Shown here one piece after another: positions 31,028 through 41,542 of a stretch of DNA of 64,000 nt (position 1 is its first letter; every line of letters starts with the position of its first letter). This stretch comes from an uncultured Methanosarcinales archaeon (GTDB taxonomy: Archaea > Nanobdellota > Nanobdellia > Woesearchaeales > CAXGTL01). Location of the stretch: assembly GCA_964535955.1 (NCBI GenBank), contig CAZHVK010000005.1, positions 62,001-126,000 of the forward strand, read 5' to 3'. A model generated the notes under the pieces. It saw nothing but the letters and a program-made list of their open reading frames with translations. It searched no databases and was not told the origin of the DNA. A program made the translations under genes and the position numbers.

Positions 31028-34000
31028 TTATCTTCTTTTTCTTTTCTTTGGTTTTTTAGATTTTCCAGAGGTTATTATCAATACTAAATAAACAATAATC
31101 AAACCACAGAGGGCTCCAACTAACCAATATAACCACAGATAAGGTGATCTTTCTTTTGGTGGCCCTAGTTCATCTTTTACTGCTTCACCTGTAACTCCTG
31201 GTTCTGTTGGTTCTGATTCTTCAATTTCTTCTGTTTCTTTCTCTGGAACAGTTATTGCAAAATAACTAAATCCAGGTGTTGTTGCCATATAATATAAATA
31301 TTCATCAGATTCATCACCTGCATCTTCTACTGCTGTATCTTGTGCTGTGGTCAATGTTACCCAAGATGTTTTATATCTTCTCAATCTTACATCTTCTGGT
31401 TGTGCACCTTTTTCTTCTAACCAAGACTTTTTAACTTTAAACCTTATTATAATGTTGTCTATATTCTCTTCTTTAAGATTTGTATTGTCGACTGATAAAT
31501 ACTTATAAACTTCTGCAGATGGTACTGAATCTTCTAACTTTGCTGGCTGTTGTTTAAATGATCTTACTGTAACTGTTACTGAACTTAAATCAGTAAGTGC
31601 TTTAAACTCTATTTTAGTTATTGGAATTATTTTTCCTTTAATATGCACCTTCTTAATAGTGTCTTTTCCAATCTTATCAAAACCCACTTGTACTGATTCA
31701 TCTACTTCTTTTTCTTTTGCAAGTCCTCCACTAGTGGATGTGCTAGAAGAACCACCACTAGGGCTGGTTACTACTGCTGCTGCTGGTGTAGTTGTTGTTG
31801 AAGTTGAATAAACTGAAAACCCTAGACCAAATGATATGGGAACTGTCCAAGTTGAAGAATCATCATCATATGCTGTTCTTTCAACACCTGTTTGGTTTGT
31901 TACATCTACACAATTAGTCAGATTATCTTCTTCACAATGCCATAAATTATTTCCTGTTAAAGGAACTGTTAAATGTATTTCTTCTGCACCCATGTTTTGC
32001 ATCATTCTCTTGAATTTATCACTTCCCATTCCTATGAATTCATTTTTGTCACTATCATTAGTTGTATTATACTTAAATTCACCACTCATGTTTCCCATTG
32101 GTTTTGATCTTTCTGTTGAAGTAGTTGTTTGAGAAGTTATTGATTCTATTAGATCTATGTTTTTAAGTTCAATTGCCCATTTTTCTGTTGAATTAAGGTT
32201 TGTGAATCTTATTGTTGAATTCTTACCATCTTTATAACTTACCTTAGTACCATATTCCATTGAATCATTCTCAATATCCCAAATACCATCACTAATATTA
32301 TAATCAACACTAAAATACATATTACCTGTTGCATTACTTGTGTTTAATTCTGTTAATGAATCAAATTTAGGAGCAATAGTGAAATTACATTTTGGACAAT
32401 CATCTTCACTTTCACTTGCTTTTGTTGTAAAATTAATACAACCTGATTTTGCCATGTTTCCACTTGGGTCAAAAGTAGCTATCTTATATGCATAAGTTCT
32501 ATTAGGGACCAATGCAAAACCTAAATTTTCTTTATCTAACATAAATCCGTGATGTGTATGAAATTTAGTGTCATGCATTGATTGGTTAATGCTTGCTTCT
32601 GCACCACAAGCTGCATTTTCTCCATAAAACTCTAAAGTTGCATTTGCAGGTTTGTTTTCTGTTAAACTAACCTTAACAGTATCTGGGAAAATATTCTTTT
32701 TATGCAATACTATTGAAGGTGCTGTCTTATCATCATCTCTGGCAACTAAACCAGTGCCACAGAAAAAGATATCATATTTACAGCTTTCATCAAAACAATC
32801 TGTTTTTCCATCATTATCATTGTCAATACCATCTTTACATCCTGGTCCTTCTTCCATTGGAATAAATCCATATTTTTTAAAGTCTTGACAATCTGGGTCA
32901 TTTTCAGAATCAAATCCATCACCATCAAGGTCTTGGCCAGGTGCAAAACAATCTTCCATTTTAAAATCAAATGCACCAGGTGTATAATATGATGGTCCAA
33001 TAGTATCAACTGGTGTTGATTCATTTGTTCCATTACCTGCTACCACTGCATAGATTCTCATATTTTGTGTATCATTATATAAGTTTTTGAATCTTTTTAA
33101 TGCTTCTTTGTCAGCACTAACCATTCCACCTTTTAACATTGAACACATTTGTTGTTTCCATGATGACAATCCAATTGCAGCTGGACCAAAATTACCACCT
33201 ACACATTGATAAGCTACTCTTGATTCAACAACTTCTGAACCTGCTAATTCTCCAAGATATTTAAATTTGAATTCAAATCCTGTCTGATCACTATCATCTG
33301 AAGTACAACCATTTGTTGTATTACCATCTGTATCTAAGTACCAAAAGAATTTAGTAGCGTTTCCACCACTACCAGTTGTACTAAAATCAGATAAGATCAT
33401 TCCATTACAAATAGCTGCATCATTTATACTTCTTACACCAATACCAAATCCAAATGATGTAGGATTATCTTTTACACCAAAGAACATAATATCTGTGTAA
33501 GGGTCTGCTGGTTCTCCTGATGCAGGATAAATTAGATCTGTACCTAAATCTACTGGAGGACCACCTTCCATTCCTGAAAACATCTGCATCTCAAACATTC
33601 CATTACACCATCCTAATTCTAGTGCATCTTCAGATGAATTATGGAAATTTAGATCAGGTGTCCATGTACAAGCACTGTTATTCATACAACCTGTTGCATT
33701 ACCATCATTGTCAGCACAATTTCCTCCAAATGAACCTGGTTCACAAAATCCTGATTGTGTTTGACATGCACCTGCTCCTTGTCCTGCTTCTGTCCCAATA
33801 CAATCAGCTGAATTTAAACTAAAACAAGATGGTTCACAACGGCCACCACCACCAGGAGCAAATGGATCTTGCATCCAAGTACAATTACTATCTTCTCCAC
33901 ATCCTGCTGGATCATCAAAATAAGCATCATGACATCTAAACATCCTAAAATCACAATGACCAAATCCACCATATGCATCTCTTTGCCATATACAATTTGT

Positions 34001-36019
34001 TGATTGATTACATGCATTACTGTCCATATTAAAACATGATTCACTCAATGTCATGTTAATATCACATGCTCCACCAGGTACATCTTTCCAATTACAATCA
34101 GAAATTGTATCACAACCTGTTTCATTTTCATTAAATTGCCAACATTGTTCACTTGGATGACCACAATGACCTCCTGCACCATATTTAAGATCAAATTCAT
34201 CTTTTATCCATGCACAACCACCTGTTGAACAAGCACTGGCATCTATGTATTGACCACAGTCATTTTGATCAAGGAATTTTCCACCACAAAAATGATCAAA
34301 TCCACAGTCAGGGTCATCACAATCTATCTTATTATCATTATCATTGTCTGAACCATCAAAACAAATTTCTCCATCATATCCTGATGGCATACAAATATAA
34401 TTATTATTATCCCATTCACATGCTCCTGGTGTTCCTTTGCCATAAGCAGTACATTCTGATGAATCATAACATGAAAAACAATCATTTGCACAATATTTTG
34501 CACTTTTATCTTCACACCATCCATAGTCTCCGCTTGGATCAACTAACCACTTACATCCTGCACTACTACTATTACATTTTCCAGAAGCATTTTCTAAGAA
34601 ATCACAAGATGAACATTCAGAGTCACAACTTTTTCCTCCACCAAACATCATATTAAATTTCATATCACACCAGCCCATGCCATTAAATGCATTTGTGTCT
34701 TCATGAAATTGACAAAATCCTAGTGTAGAATTTTCACATGCTGATCTTGCACATGTTGTATCTCCTGCTGTACAATCTGTTCTTGCTTTATCTTCACATG
34801 ACCAACACATTTCATTACATCCTTCAATACCTGTACCAAATCCACCAAAACCCATTTCACACCATGAATCTGTGTCTGTTTTTTGGTTTCCATAAGAATC
34901 TGCATATTTGAATGTTTCTGTTATCCATGAACCACCTGTTGCTTCACATGATTCTTGTGAACCAATATCATCAAAAAATCCAGGACCACCACCACCAAAT
35001 ACACCTTCTTGATTAAATGTACATTTTGCTCCATCCCATTGGCATGGTTTATAATAATTTGTTATAGCTTGTTCACATAAAGATTGGTTTGTACCAATAC
35101 CTTCACAACTAAGATCTAAACTACCCATATCTGATCTTGATTTACTATTGTTCATAATACACCTAGCCCATGCAGGAGCAGATGCATTCCATGAACACAT
35201 TGTATTAAGTTTAGGAACCCTTTCACAAAATCTTGAATCTGTAATATTATTACATAGAATTCCTACATTAGATGTATGACTCCAATTAGTGACATCAGGA
35301 CTACAATCTTCTGTTCCAGAATTCCATTCACATACAGTAATGTTTGCACAATTAGAATTTCCTTCAAATTCAGAACATTCAACCATTCTCATACCACCAC
35401 CACCTGCACTTCCTTGCTGTGTATTTGTATCTTCTTCACATAATGAAGAACCCCAATTCCACATACATGGTTGACCATTTTGTTGTGCTTGTTCACATTG
35501 TGCTTGGGTTGTAAGTGCATAACAACCTGTTGTTGGAGGATCTCTAAAAGTAGTAGAACCACTATTTTGTATTTCATATTCTATAATTACTTCATCTTGT
35601 CCTCCATTTATAGAATTTATAAAAATATTTACATAAGTACCATTTGAAACATATGCTGTTAAGCCATCACCTAATTGACAAATTGGAAAACCTACTGATG
35701 AATAACCTGACCATGAACCTCCTAATGCAGGAATAGTATATGTATTGTTTAAATCAACATTAGGTCCAATGCCTCTTATATATCCATTTGATGGAATTAA
35801 TGCTAAATCATAAGGACCAGAACAACCAGATACGCCTGTACTACTTTCCAAAGTAATATCATATCCTGCTGAAACTGCTGTTTCAGTTGTAAAATTAAAA
35901 CCATTCCCATCTTTTGTCAATGTTACAGAACCCTGTACAAGAGCACCAAATGCAAATTGGCACAAAACAAATAACATAATTAGACTTATATTTAATAGAA
36001 TTAAATTTCTTAACCTCAT
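31028..36019 (-). CDS. Cys-rich secreted membrane-anchored surface protein with PGF-pre-PGF domain (1,663 aa)
   Basis: Signal peptide; many C..(C)xW modules; DGxDNDxDxKxDCxDxxC Ca-binding-like motifs; 'VYKYL', 'FKVKKSW', 'TPGFSYFAIT'; C-terminal TM plus basic tail. Confidence 0.88.
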   Translation of the reverse strand: MRLRNLILLNISLIMLFVLCQFAFGALVQGSVTLTKDGNGFNFTTETAVSAGYDITLESSTGVSGCSGPYDLALIPSNGYIRGIGPNVDLNNTYTIPALGGSWSGYSSVGFPICQLGDGLTAYVSNGTYVNIFINSINGGQDEVIIEYEIQNSGSTTFRDPPTTGCYALTTQAQCEQAQQNGQPCMWNWGSSLCEEDTNTQQGSAGGGGMRMVECSEFEGNSNCANITVCEWNSGTEDCSPDVTNWSHTSNVGILCNNITDSRFCERVPKLNTMCSWNASAPAWARCIMNNSKSRSDMGSLDLSCEGIGTNQSLCEQAITNYYKPCQWDGAKCTFNQEGVFGGGGPGFFDDIGSQESCEATGGSWITETFKYADSYGNQKTDTDSWCEMGFGGFGTGIEGCNEMCWSCEDKARTDCTAGDTTCARSACENSTLGFCQFHEDTNAFNGMGWCDMKFNMMFGGGKSCDSECSSCDFLENASGKCNSSSAGCKWLVDPSGDYGWCEDKSAKYCANDCFSCYDSSECTAYGKGTPGACEWDNNNYICMPSGYDGEICFDGSDNDNDNKIDCDDPDCGFDHFCGGKFLDQNDCGQYIDASACSTGGCAWIKDEFDLKYGAGGHCGHPSEQCWQFNENETGCDTISDCNWKDVPGGACDINMTLSESCFNMDSNACNQSTNCIWQRDAYGGFGHCDFRMFRCHDAYFDDPAGCGEDSNCTWMQDPFAPGGGGRCEPSCFSLNSADCIGTEAGQGAGACQTQSGFCEPGSFGGNCADNDGNATGCMNNSACTWTPDLNFHNSSEDALELGWCNGMFEMQMFSGMEGGPPVDLGTDLIYPASGEPADPYTDIMFFGVKDNPTSFGFGIGVRSINDAAICNGMILSDFSTTGSGGNATKFFWYLDTDGNTTNGCTSDDSDQTGFEFKFKYLGELAGSEVVESRVAYQCVGGNFGPAAIGLSSWKQQMCSMLKGGMVSADKEALKRFKNLYNDTQNMRIYAVVAGNGTNESTPVDTIGPSYYTPGAFDFKMEDCFAPGQDLDGDGFDSENDPDCQDFKKYGFIPMEEGPGCKDGIDNDNDGKTDCFDESCKYDIFFCGTGLVARDDDKTAPSIVLHKKNIFPDTVKVSLTENKPANATLEFYGENAACGAEASINQSMHDTKFHTHHGFMLDKENLGFALVPNRTYAYKIATFDPSGNMAKSGCINFTTKASESEDDCPKCNFTIAPKFDSLTELNTSNATGNMYFSVDYNISDGIWDIENDSMEYGTKVSYKDGKNSTIRFTNLNSTEKWAIELKNIDLIESITSQTTTSTERSKPMGNMSGEFKYNTTNDSDKNEFIGMGSDKFKRMMQNMGAEEIHLTVPLTGNNLWHCEEDNLTNCVDVTNQTGVERTAYDDDSSTWTVPISFGLGFSVYSTSTTTTPAAAVVTSPSGGSSSTSTSGGLAKEKEVDESVQVGFDKIGKDTIKKVHIKGKIIPITKIEFKALTDLSSVTVTVRSFKQQPAKLEDSVPSAEVYKYLSVDNTNLKEENIDNIIIRFKVKKSWLEEKGAQPEDVRLRRYKTSWVTLTTAQDTAVEDAGDESDEYLYYMATTPGFSYFAITVPEKETEEIEESEPTEPGVTGEAVKDELGPPKERSPYLWLYWLVGALCGLIIVYLVLIITSGKSKKPKKRKRR

Positions 36020-36079
36020 TTTTTCAAACCCCTCATTTTTTATTTTAATATTTTAATTAAAATAATGATATATATTTTT

Positions 36080-36136
36080 ATTGATATAAGATATATATAT
36101 ATATCAATGATGGTTTAAGGCAAAGTTATATATAAA
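36080..36136 (-). promoter_or_regulatory. TATA box with ATTGATATA-N11-TATATCAAT inverted repeat near the start site of the 1,663-aa gene
   Basis: Inverted repeat at 36080-36108; TTTATATA on - strand at ~36129-36136. Confidence 0.5.
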
Positions 36137-36282
36137 TTTAACTGAGAATTTGAAAAAAAAGAATGAAAATTAGAAAAAATTAAACAAATAAAGAAAAAAA
36201 TAAGAAAGAAAAGGAAACAAATAAAAAATATAAAATACAAAAATAAAAAACATAAAAGAAAAAAAGATAAGAAAAAAAAGAT

Positions 36283-37374
36283 TTATTCTTCTTCTTCTGG
36301 TTTCTTTTTAACAACAAAGAAATATATAATCAATCCAACTATTATAATGATTCCTGCGATTAACCAACCAACCCATGTTATAATTACCTCTTTACAATCT
36401 TCTGGGCAATTGTCAACTGTTTCACCTTGTTCACAAATGTCATTACCACAAACAGGTTCTTCTGGTTCTGGTGGTTGTTCTGGTGGTTCTATTTTTTTTT
36501 CTGCTAGTTTTGTGTATTTTAGTTCTGCTTTTCCGTATTTGATTGATAATAAGTTTATCTTAAGGTCTGCGTGTCCATCATCATTAAGGTCTACTTCAGA
36601 TGAACTTCCTACTTGTATTGTGATCACTTTGTCACCTACTTTTAATACCACATAATCATCTGCTACTTGGTCAATCTTTATCAAATAGTCAGTGCCATCT
36701 AATGTCATTGAAACACTCTCTCCTTTTTTCTGTGTCAAGATGATTCCTTCATAAAACTGGTCACCAAATTCGTCAAGGTCTTCTGCATCTGATACTGTTA
36801 CAACTGCTCCTGCAGCTCCTGAACTAGTTGTTGAGCCACCTCCTCCAGTACTTGCTGCTGCTGCAGCTGTTACTGGAACACCACAATCTGTTCTACATAC
36901 ATTTTCAGATTCAGTACATGAATCTGCTGAACCTCTTGTTTCTAAACCATTACATGTTCCGTCACCACAATATGTTGCACCTGATGCTATTGTTAAGTCT
37001 AATGTTGTAACTTGTCCTCCTGTCCATGTGCTTGTATTAGAAGATTCTGCACATCCAAGAAAAAAGGTGATTGTGTCTCCTGTCAAGTCTTCATCATTGC
37101 TTCCTTGGACTGGAAGATACATTGGTGGTAATGATGATATATTTCCATAATAACCTGCTTCTGTTATAACAATAGTTGAACCTGTTCTATAAGTCCCACC
37201 AACTCTAGCTGAAATAGATGCACTTACTGCTATATCTGTTGAGCCTGCTTTAGCTGTTCCTGTAAAACTATGTGGAAAGGGTGGAACAGATAATACAAAA
37301 AATGAGAATATAATTAAAAAAATGAGCATGATAGTTGAATTTAGAATCAATTTATTATTTATTTGTTTCTTCAT
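36283..37374 (-). CDS. Secreted membrane-anchored protein with Cys-rich CGxxxCxxxE repeats (363 aa)
   Basis: Signal peptide; 'CGDGTCNGLET' and 'CGNDICEQGETVDNCPEDC'; C-terminal TM followed by KKK; RBS GAGGG. Confidence 0.85.
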   Translation of the reverse strand: MKKQINNKLILNSTIMLIFLIIFSFFVLSVPPFPHSFTGTAKAGSTDIAVSASISARVGGTYRTGSTIVITEAGYYGNISSLPPMYLPVQGSNDEDLTGDTITFFLGCAESSNTSTWTGGQVTTLDLTIASGATYCGDGTCNGLETRGSADSCTESENVCRTDCGVPVTAAAAASTGGGGSTTSSGAAGAVVTVSDAEDLDEFGDQFYEGIILTQKKGESVSMTLDGTDYLIKIDQVADDYVVLKVGDKVITIQVGSSSEVDLNDDGHADLKINLLSIKYGKAELKYTKLAEKKIEPPEQPPEPEEPVCGNDICEQGETVDNCPEDCKEVIITWVGWLIAGIIIIVGLIIYFFVVKKKPEEEE

Positions 37375-37468
37375 ATTGTTTCCCTCGTTAAAATTAAAAA
37401 AATGTTAAATTAAATCAAATCAAAACATAAATAAAAATAAAAAAATTGGAAGATTTGTTTATCTTCCT

Positions 37469-40400
37469 TTATCTTCCTGAACCACTAGGTAGTAAACTTC
37501 TACTTGTTGCGTCTTCTCTAATATGTATCCAATAACCTGTTCCTTTTATTAATTCTTTTGTTTCTGTTGTTGATCCAACTGTTGAAGTATATGCTAATCC
37601 TGTCCAGTCATAAAGATATGACCATGTTGGTGTTGTTGTTGCTGTTGTACTTATTAATGATGCTAATGAATCAATTGCTGCTCCACTAGATATATTGTTA
37701 AGTCCAATCATGTTCCATCCTGTTGATAATGTTCTTGCTGTTGGTGTTGGCATTGTTCTTGATACATCTAATGCACTTGTAATTGGTGCAAAATATGCTT
37801 TTTGTGATGTGTTTACTTTCATTGCATATCCTTTTAATGGTTCCATTGTTGTTGGAATTTCCCATGCATCGCTTGTATCATTGTACCAATATACTGTTTG
37901 GTATGTTACTCCTTGTAATGCACTTGAAACAGCTGTGTTTCCTAATGTCAATGGTACTGAGATCAAGTCCCAACCTTGTCCACTGTTTCCACCTGTAACA
38001 TTTACAACAATGTTTATTACTGCATAATCTGTTATATTATTTGTTGTTGTACCATCTATTTGTGTATCTTCATACCACATTGCAACTGTATCTCCTTGTC
38101 CTGCATTTACTGCATTTATTGAGTGTCCTGTTCCTGGAGTTTCAACAAATGAAATTGTTAAGTTACTAAATATACCTGTGTTTGCTCCTGTCTCTGATGT
38201 TGTAAATGATGTGTGTGTTGTGCTTTCGTCTGAGTTATACATAACTGTTACTGTATCAACAGCGTCATTATCAGTGTTTGCATCATAATCAACTATTGTA
38301 AAATTTCCATTGCTTGTTGCTGTTTCTGTTACATTATAATCATTGCTAGCAAATACTGCTGTTGATGCTGTATAATAACCAACTTGTTGTTCTAATATTG
38401 GTTCTGGATTTGCACCACTAGAACCATTTAATGTTGGATCATAGTAGACATATATATATTGTTCAATATTACTTGAATCTACATATATTGAATCTGCATC
38501 TCCTGCTGATGTACTTACATCATAAGTAACTGTATAGACACCTGTGTTTGCACCTGTTTCATTTCCTGATAATAATGTTAATGTTGAATTTGTTGTTGAA
38601 TTAACTTTAATTTCTATTGTATCTGCTGCTGAAGCATTGGAATTATTACCAGCATCATCTACTGTGATAAGATAAGTTTCTGCACCTGTTGTTGGTATAA
38701 ATCTTGTTGCATTTATTGTTATTGTTTGTGTATCATTACCAACTGTTGCTGTTACTGTTTTCCATGTACTATCTGTTGCATCTAAGTAATGTGCTTTTAT
38801 CCATCCACCTGCTGTTACATTCAAATAATAATAATCATTACCACTCATATTATGATATGATCTATTTGTTTCAGATGAACTTAATGTAATATTAAGAGGA
38901 CCGTCATCTCTTGCAACAGATGTACTAAACACACCAGTTATTGCATTTGTTCTATTCAATGTAATATTAATTCCAGCCTCATACTCACTACTATTTAAGA
39001 TAATTGTAGTCATATTTAGTTGTGTTGCATTATCATTATCTGTTACAGTAATCACAACATTATCATTATTCAAATGATAAATATTTTTATTCAATGTGAT
39101 TGATCCTGTTTCTTGTAGATCAACTGTTTCAAACACTACTGCAGGATCTGAGCCATCAAATCCTTTGTTATCATTGTACATAATTTGTATGGTATCTCCT
39201 TCATCTACATATAATGTGTTTGTATCTCCATCTGAAGCTAATAATGAAAATGTTAAATTTGCAAATGTAGTAGATGAACAACTTACAAGTGCATCTCTAA
39301 ATTCTCCTGAATCTACATTTGTTTCATTTAGACCCATGTTAAATCCTGTTGGATCTGATGTAGAGTTAACTGTTACTGTTACACATTGACTAGTTACATT
39401 ATCAGTGTTTTTACCAGCATCTGTTAAATTAAAAAACATACTGCTTGAAATAGTAAATGTAGTTGAAACAGCTCCTGGTGCATCTGTTATATTCATTCCA
39501 CCATTTTGATCCATCCAAGCTGTTATTGATGAGGTAACTGTTGTTCCTGTTGCATCTGTATAATTAATATAAATCACATCTCCTGCTGATACATTCAGTG
39601 TGAAATTATCATTTGAGAAAAGAGATGAATATACTGATGCATCTCCAAATATTAATCCACCTGTTGCATTAGGTATTGAAAACACTGATGAATCTGCGCT
39701 TGTTGCTGTTCCTGCTTCATTTGATTCATTCAATTGAACAGTGATTCCTTCTTGTCCTAATCCTATACTTGTAGTTGATTCAACTGTTATACTTGCAAAT
39801 TCAATTGCACTTGCATCTGTGTTTAAATCACTATCATTTACTTTAATCAAAATACTATCTCCAGTACCAAATGCTTGTCCAGACCAATTAAATGATAATA
39901 CACCAACATCATGGACATCTAAGCTGATAGGTCCTAACTGAGGTGTTAAATCTGCATCAGGAGTATCTCCTGAAAAGTTTGACTGATCATTGTATGTTAT
40001 ATTTATGAATCCACCATCTCTTGACATTATTTGTAAATTTGTTCCACTCCAATAACTAGTACTTAGAGAAGATGAAGTGTTTGCAAATAATGTAGTTCCA
40101 TTCAAAGCAAAAGTACCTGTGTTTGCAGCTGTTTCATTCATTCCAACTATCATGCTTCCTAATGAGTTCCAATTCACATCATAACTAGTTATGGTCAGGT
40201 ATGCTGCATTATTATCAATTGCAGAATAATCTAAATTAGTTCCATTATCATATACTGTAAATATATCTCCAATTCCTGTTGAATTATCAGGATCTAGTTC
40301 TGTTGTTGCGCCTGCTACTAAGTATCCTAATGAATCTACCCAGATTAAGTCACTTGCTATTACTGAATTTCCATCAAAATCAGTATCAAGATAAGACATG

Positions 40401-41218
40401 TTTATGTTATCACCTGAAACAACTTGTAATTCATTTGTGTTATCATTGATTCCAGTTGTGTTGAGATTAAAAAGATAATTTGTTGCATCTTCACCAGCAC
40501 AAGCAACTTGTGTATAAACTGGACTGTTCACTGTTGATTCATTTAAACAAATACTAATATTAAAAAATGATGAAGTATTAACATTAATAATTACTTGTTG
40601 TGTTGTAAGTGGATCTGTATCAATACCTGAATCATTATAACCAATTCCAAAAACACTTGTTGCAGCTGTATCAGAAATATAAGTAGATCCTGTGTTTAAT
40701 GTTCCTGTTCCACCACTTAACCAATATAAAACACCTGTTTGCTGCATAATGACTGTATCTGAAACAGTGCTATAAGTTGCAGTAATTACTTCTTGTTTGT
40801 GTGGATTATTAGTCACTTTAATTGAATAATTAGTATAATCTGTTCCGTCTGCTGGCATTGATGAAACAACAGTTGAAACATTTATACATTGCATTGCATT
40901 AAATGGAAAAGAACCATTCACTAATATATTAAAAAAGTCAGAAGCAACATCTGTCTCATTCAATGTTACAAGAATTCCTGTTGAATTAGTTGTTGAAGTC
41001 AAAGTAACATTGACCTGTTCAACAACAGTATTACTTTGTCCATCAACTGACAAATTCAATTTTATACAATCATCAGAAGTCAAAGGACTACTCCTTGATT
41101 TATCTGCATAAGACGAGTCTGTTATGTTAATATAAGTTGTAACAGCAGAAACAGAAAAAGCCATAAAAGCCATTAGTATTAATAAACTCACAAGTAATAT
41201 ATTTGTTTTTTTTACCAT
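37469..41218 (-). CDS. S-layer-like secreted glycoprotein with repeated Ig-like modules
   Basis: Signal peptide from ATG 41218 (MVKK, after GAGGTG RBS). Repeated D.d.N.d...d.i.v.v.S.....i.lNETg.NTG.F units, dense N-x-S/T sequons, acidic Thr/Ser-rich. C-terminal GWDLISVPL..GWNMIG..GYWI domain; no C-terminal TM. Confidence 0.75.
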   Translation of the reverse strand: MVKKTNILLVSLLILMAFMAFSVSAVTTYINITDSSYADKSRSSPLTSDDCIKLNLSVDGQSNTVVEQVNVTLTSTTNSTGILVTLNETDVASDFFNILVNGSFPFNAMQCINVSTVVSSMPADGTDYTNYSIKVTNNPHKQEVITATYSTVSDTVIMQQTGVLYWLSGGTGTLNTGSTYISDTAATSVFGIGYNDSGIDTDPLTTQQVIINVNTSSFFNISICLNESTVNSPVYTQVACAGEDATNYLFNLNTTGINDNTNELQVVSGDNINMSYLDTDFDGNSVIASDLIWVDSLGYLVAGATTELDPDNSTGIGDIFTVYDNGTNLDYSAIDNNAAYLTITSYDVNWNSLGSMIVGMNETAANTGTFALNGTTLFANTSSSLSTSYWSGTNLQIMSRDGGFINITYNDQSNFSGDTPDADLTPQLGPISLDVHDVGVLSFNWSGQAFGTGDSILIKVNDSDLNTDASAIEFASITVESTTSIGLGQEGITVQLNESNEAGTATSADSSVFSIPNATGGLIFGDASVYSSLFSNDNFTLNVSAGDVIYINYTDATGTTVTSSITAWMDQNGGMNITDAPGAVSTTFTISSSMFFNLTDAGKNTDNVTSQCVTVTVNSTSDPTGFNMGLNETNVDSGEFRDALVSCSSTTFANLTFSLLASDGDTNTLYVDEGDTIQIMYNDNKGFDGSDPAVVFETVDLQETGSITLNKNIYHLNNDNVVITVTDNDNATQLNMTTIILNSSEYEAGINITLNRTNAITGVFSTSVARDDGPLNITLSSSETNRSYHNMSGNDYYYLNVTAGGWIKAHYLDATDSTWKTVTATVGNDTQTITINATRFIPTTGAETYLITVDDAGNNSNASAADTIEIKVNSTTNSTLTLLSGNETGANTGVYTVTYDVSTSAGDADSIYVDSSNIEQYIYVYYDPTLNGSSGANPEPILEQQVGYYTASTAVFASNDYNVTETATSNGNFTIVDYDANTDNDAVDTVTVMYNSDESTTHTSFTTSETGANTGIFSNLTISFVETPGTGHSINAVNAGQGDTVAMWYEDTQIDGTTTNNITDYAVINIVVNVTGGNSGQGWDLISVPLTLGNTAVSSALQGVTYQTVYWYNDTSDAWEIPTTMEPLKGYAMKVNTSQKAYFAPITSALDVSRTMPTPTARTLSTGWNMIGLNNISSGAAIDSLASLISTTATTTPTWSYLYDWTGLAYTSTVGSTTETKELIKGTGYWIHIREDATSRSLLPSGSGR

Positions 41219-41397
41219 TTTTAAATCCACCTCATTTTTTGTTCCATTTGGAATTTTATAGTTTTTCTAGTAAATAGAGCTATTTTCAACTCTCTTAACT
41301 AATTTTTTTACTTTTTCAAACTTCTTACAAGTTTTCATAAGTTAAATTTTACCCCTCAAACCCTATATCAGTGATTTGAGACTCTTTTTAATTTTTG

Positions 41398-41460
41398 ACC
41401 AATATAATAAGTATATTGGTTTAAATGTATATCAACGCATGTTAGTATTTAAAGCTTTTG
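41398..41460 (-). promoter_or_regulatory. Putative promoter of the S-layer-like gene with ACCAATATA-N5-TATATTGGT inverted repeat
   Basis: CAAAAGCTTTAAATA on - strand (~41446-41460); perfect 9-bp inverted repeat at 41398-41420. Confidence 0.55.
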
Positions 41461-41542
41461 TTTTTGAGCTTGTTTTTTTGATTAAAAACAGGTTTGTTTT
41501 GCTTTTTAAACATGCTTGGTTTTTTGATTTTTTTACTCAAAA

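Noticed and set aside
31028..41218. Diversity-generating retroelement or phase-variation cassette acting on surface genes
   Set aside because: No reverse transcriptase, recombinase or adenine-specific TR/VR repeat pair seen in the window.
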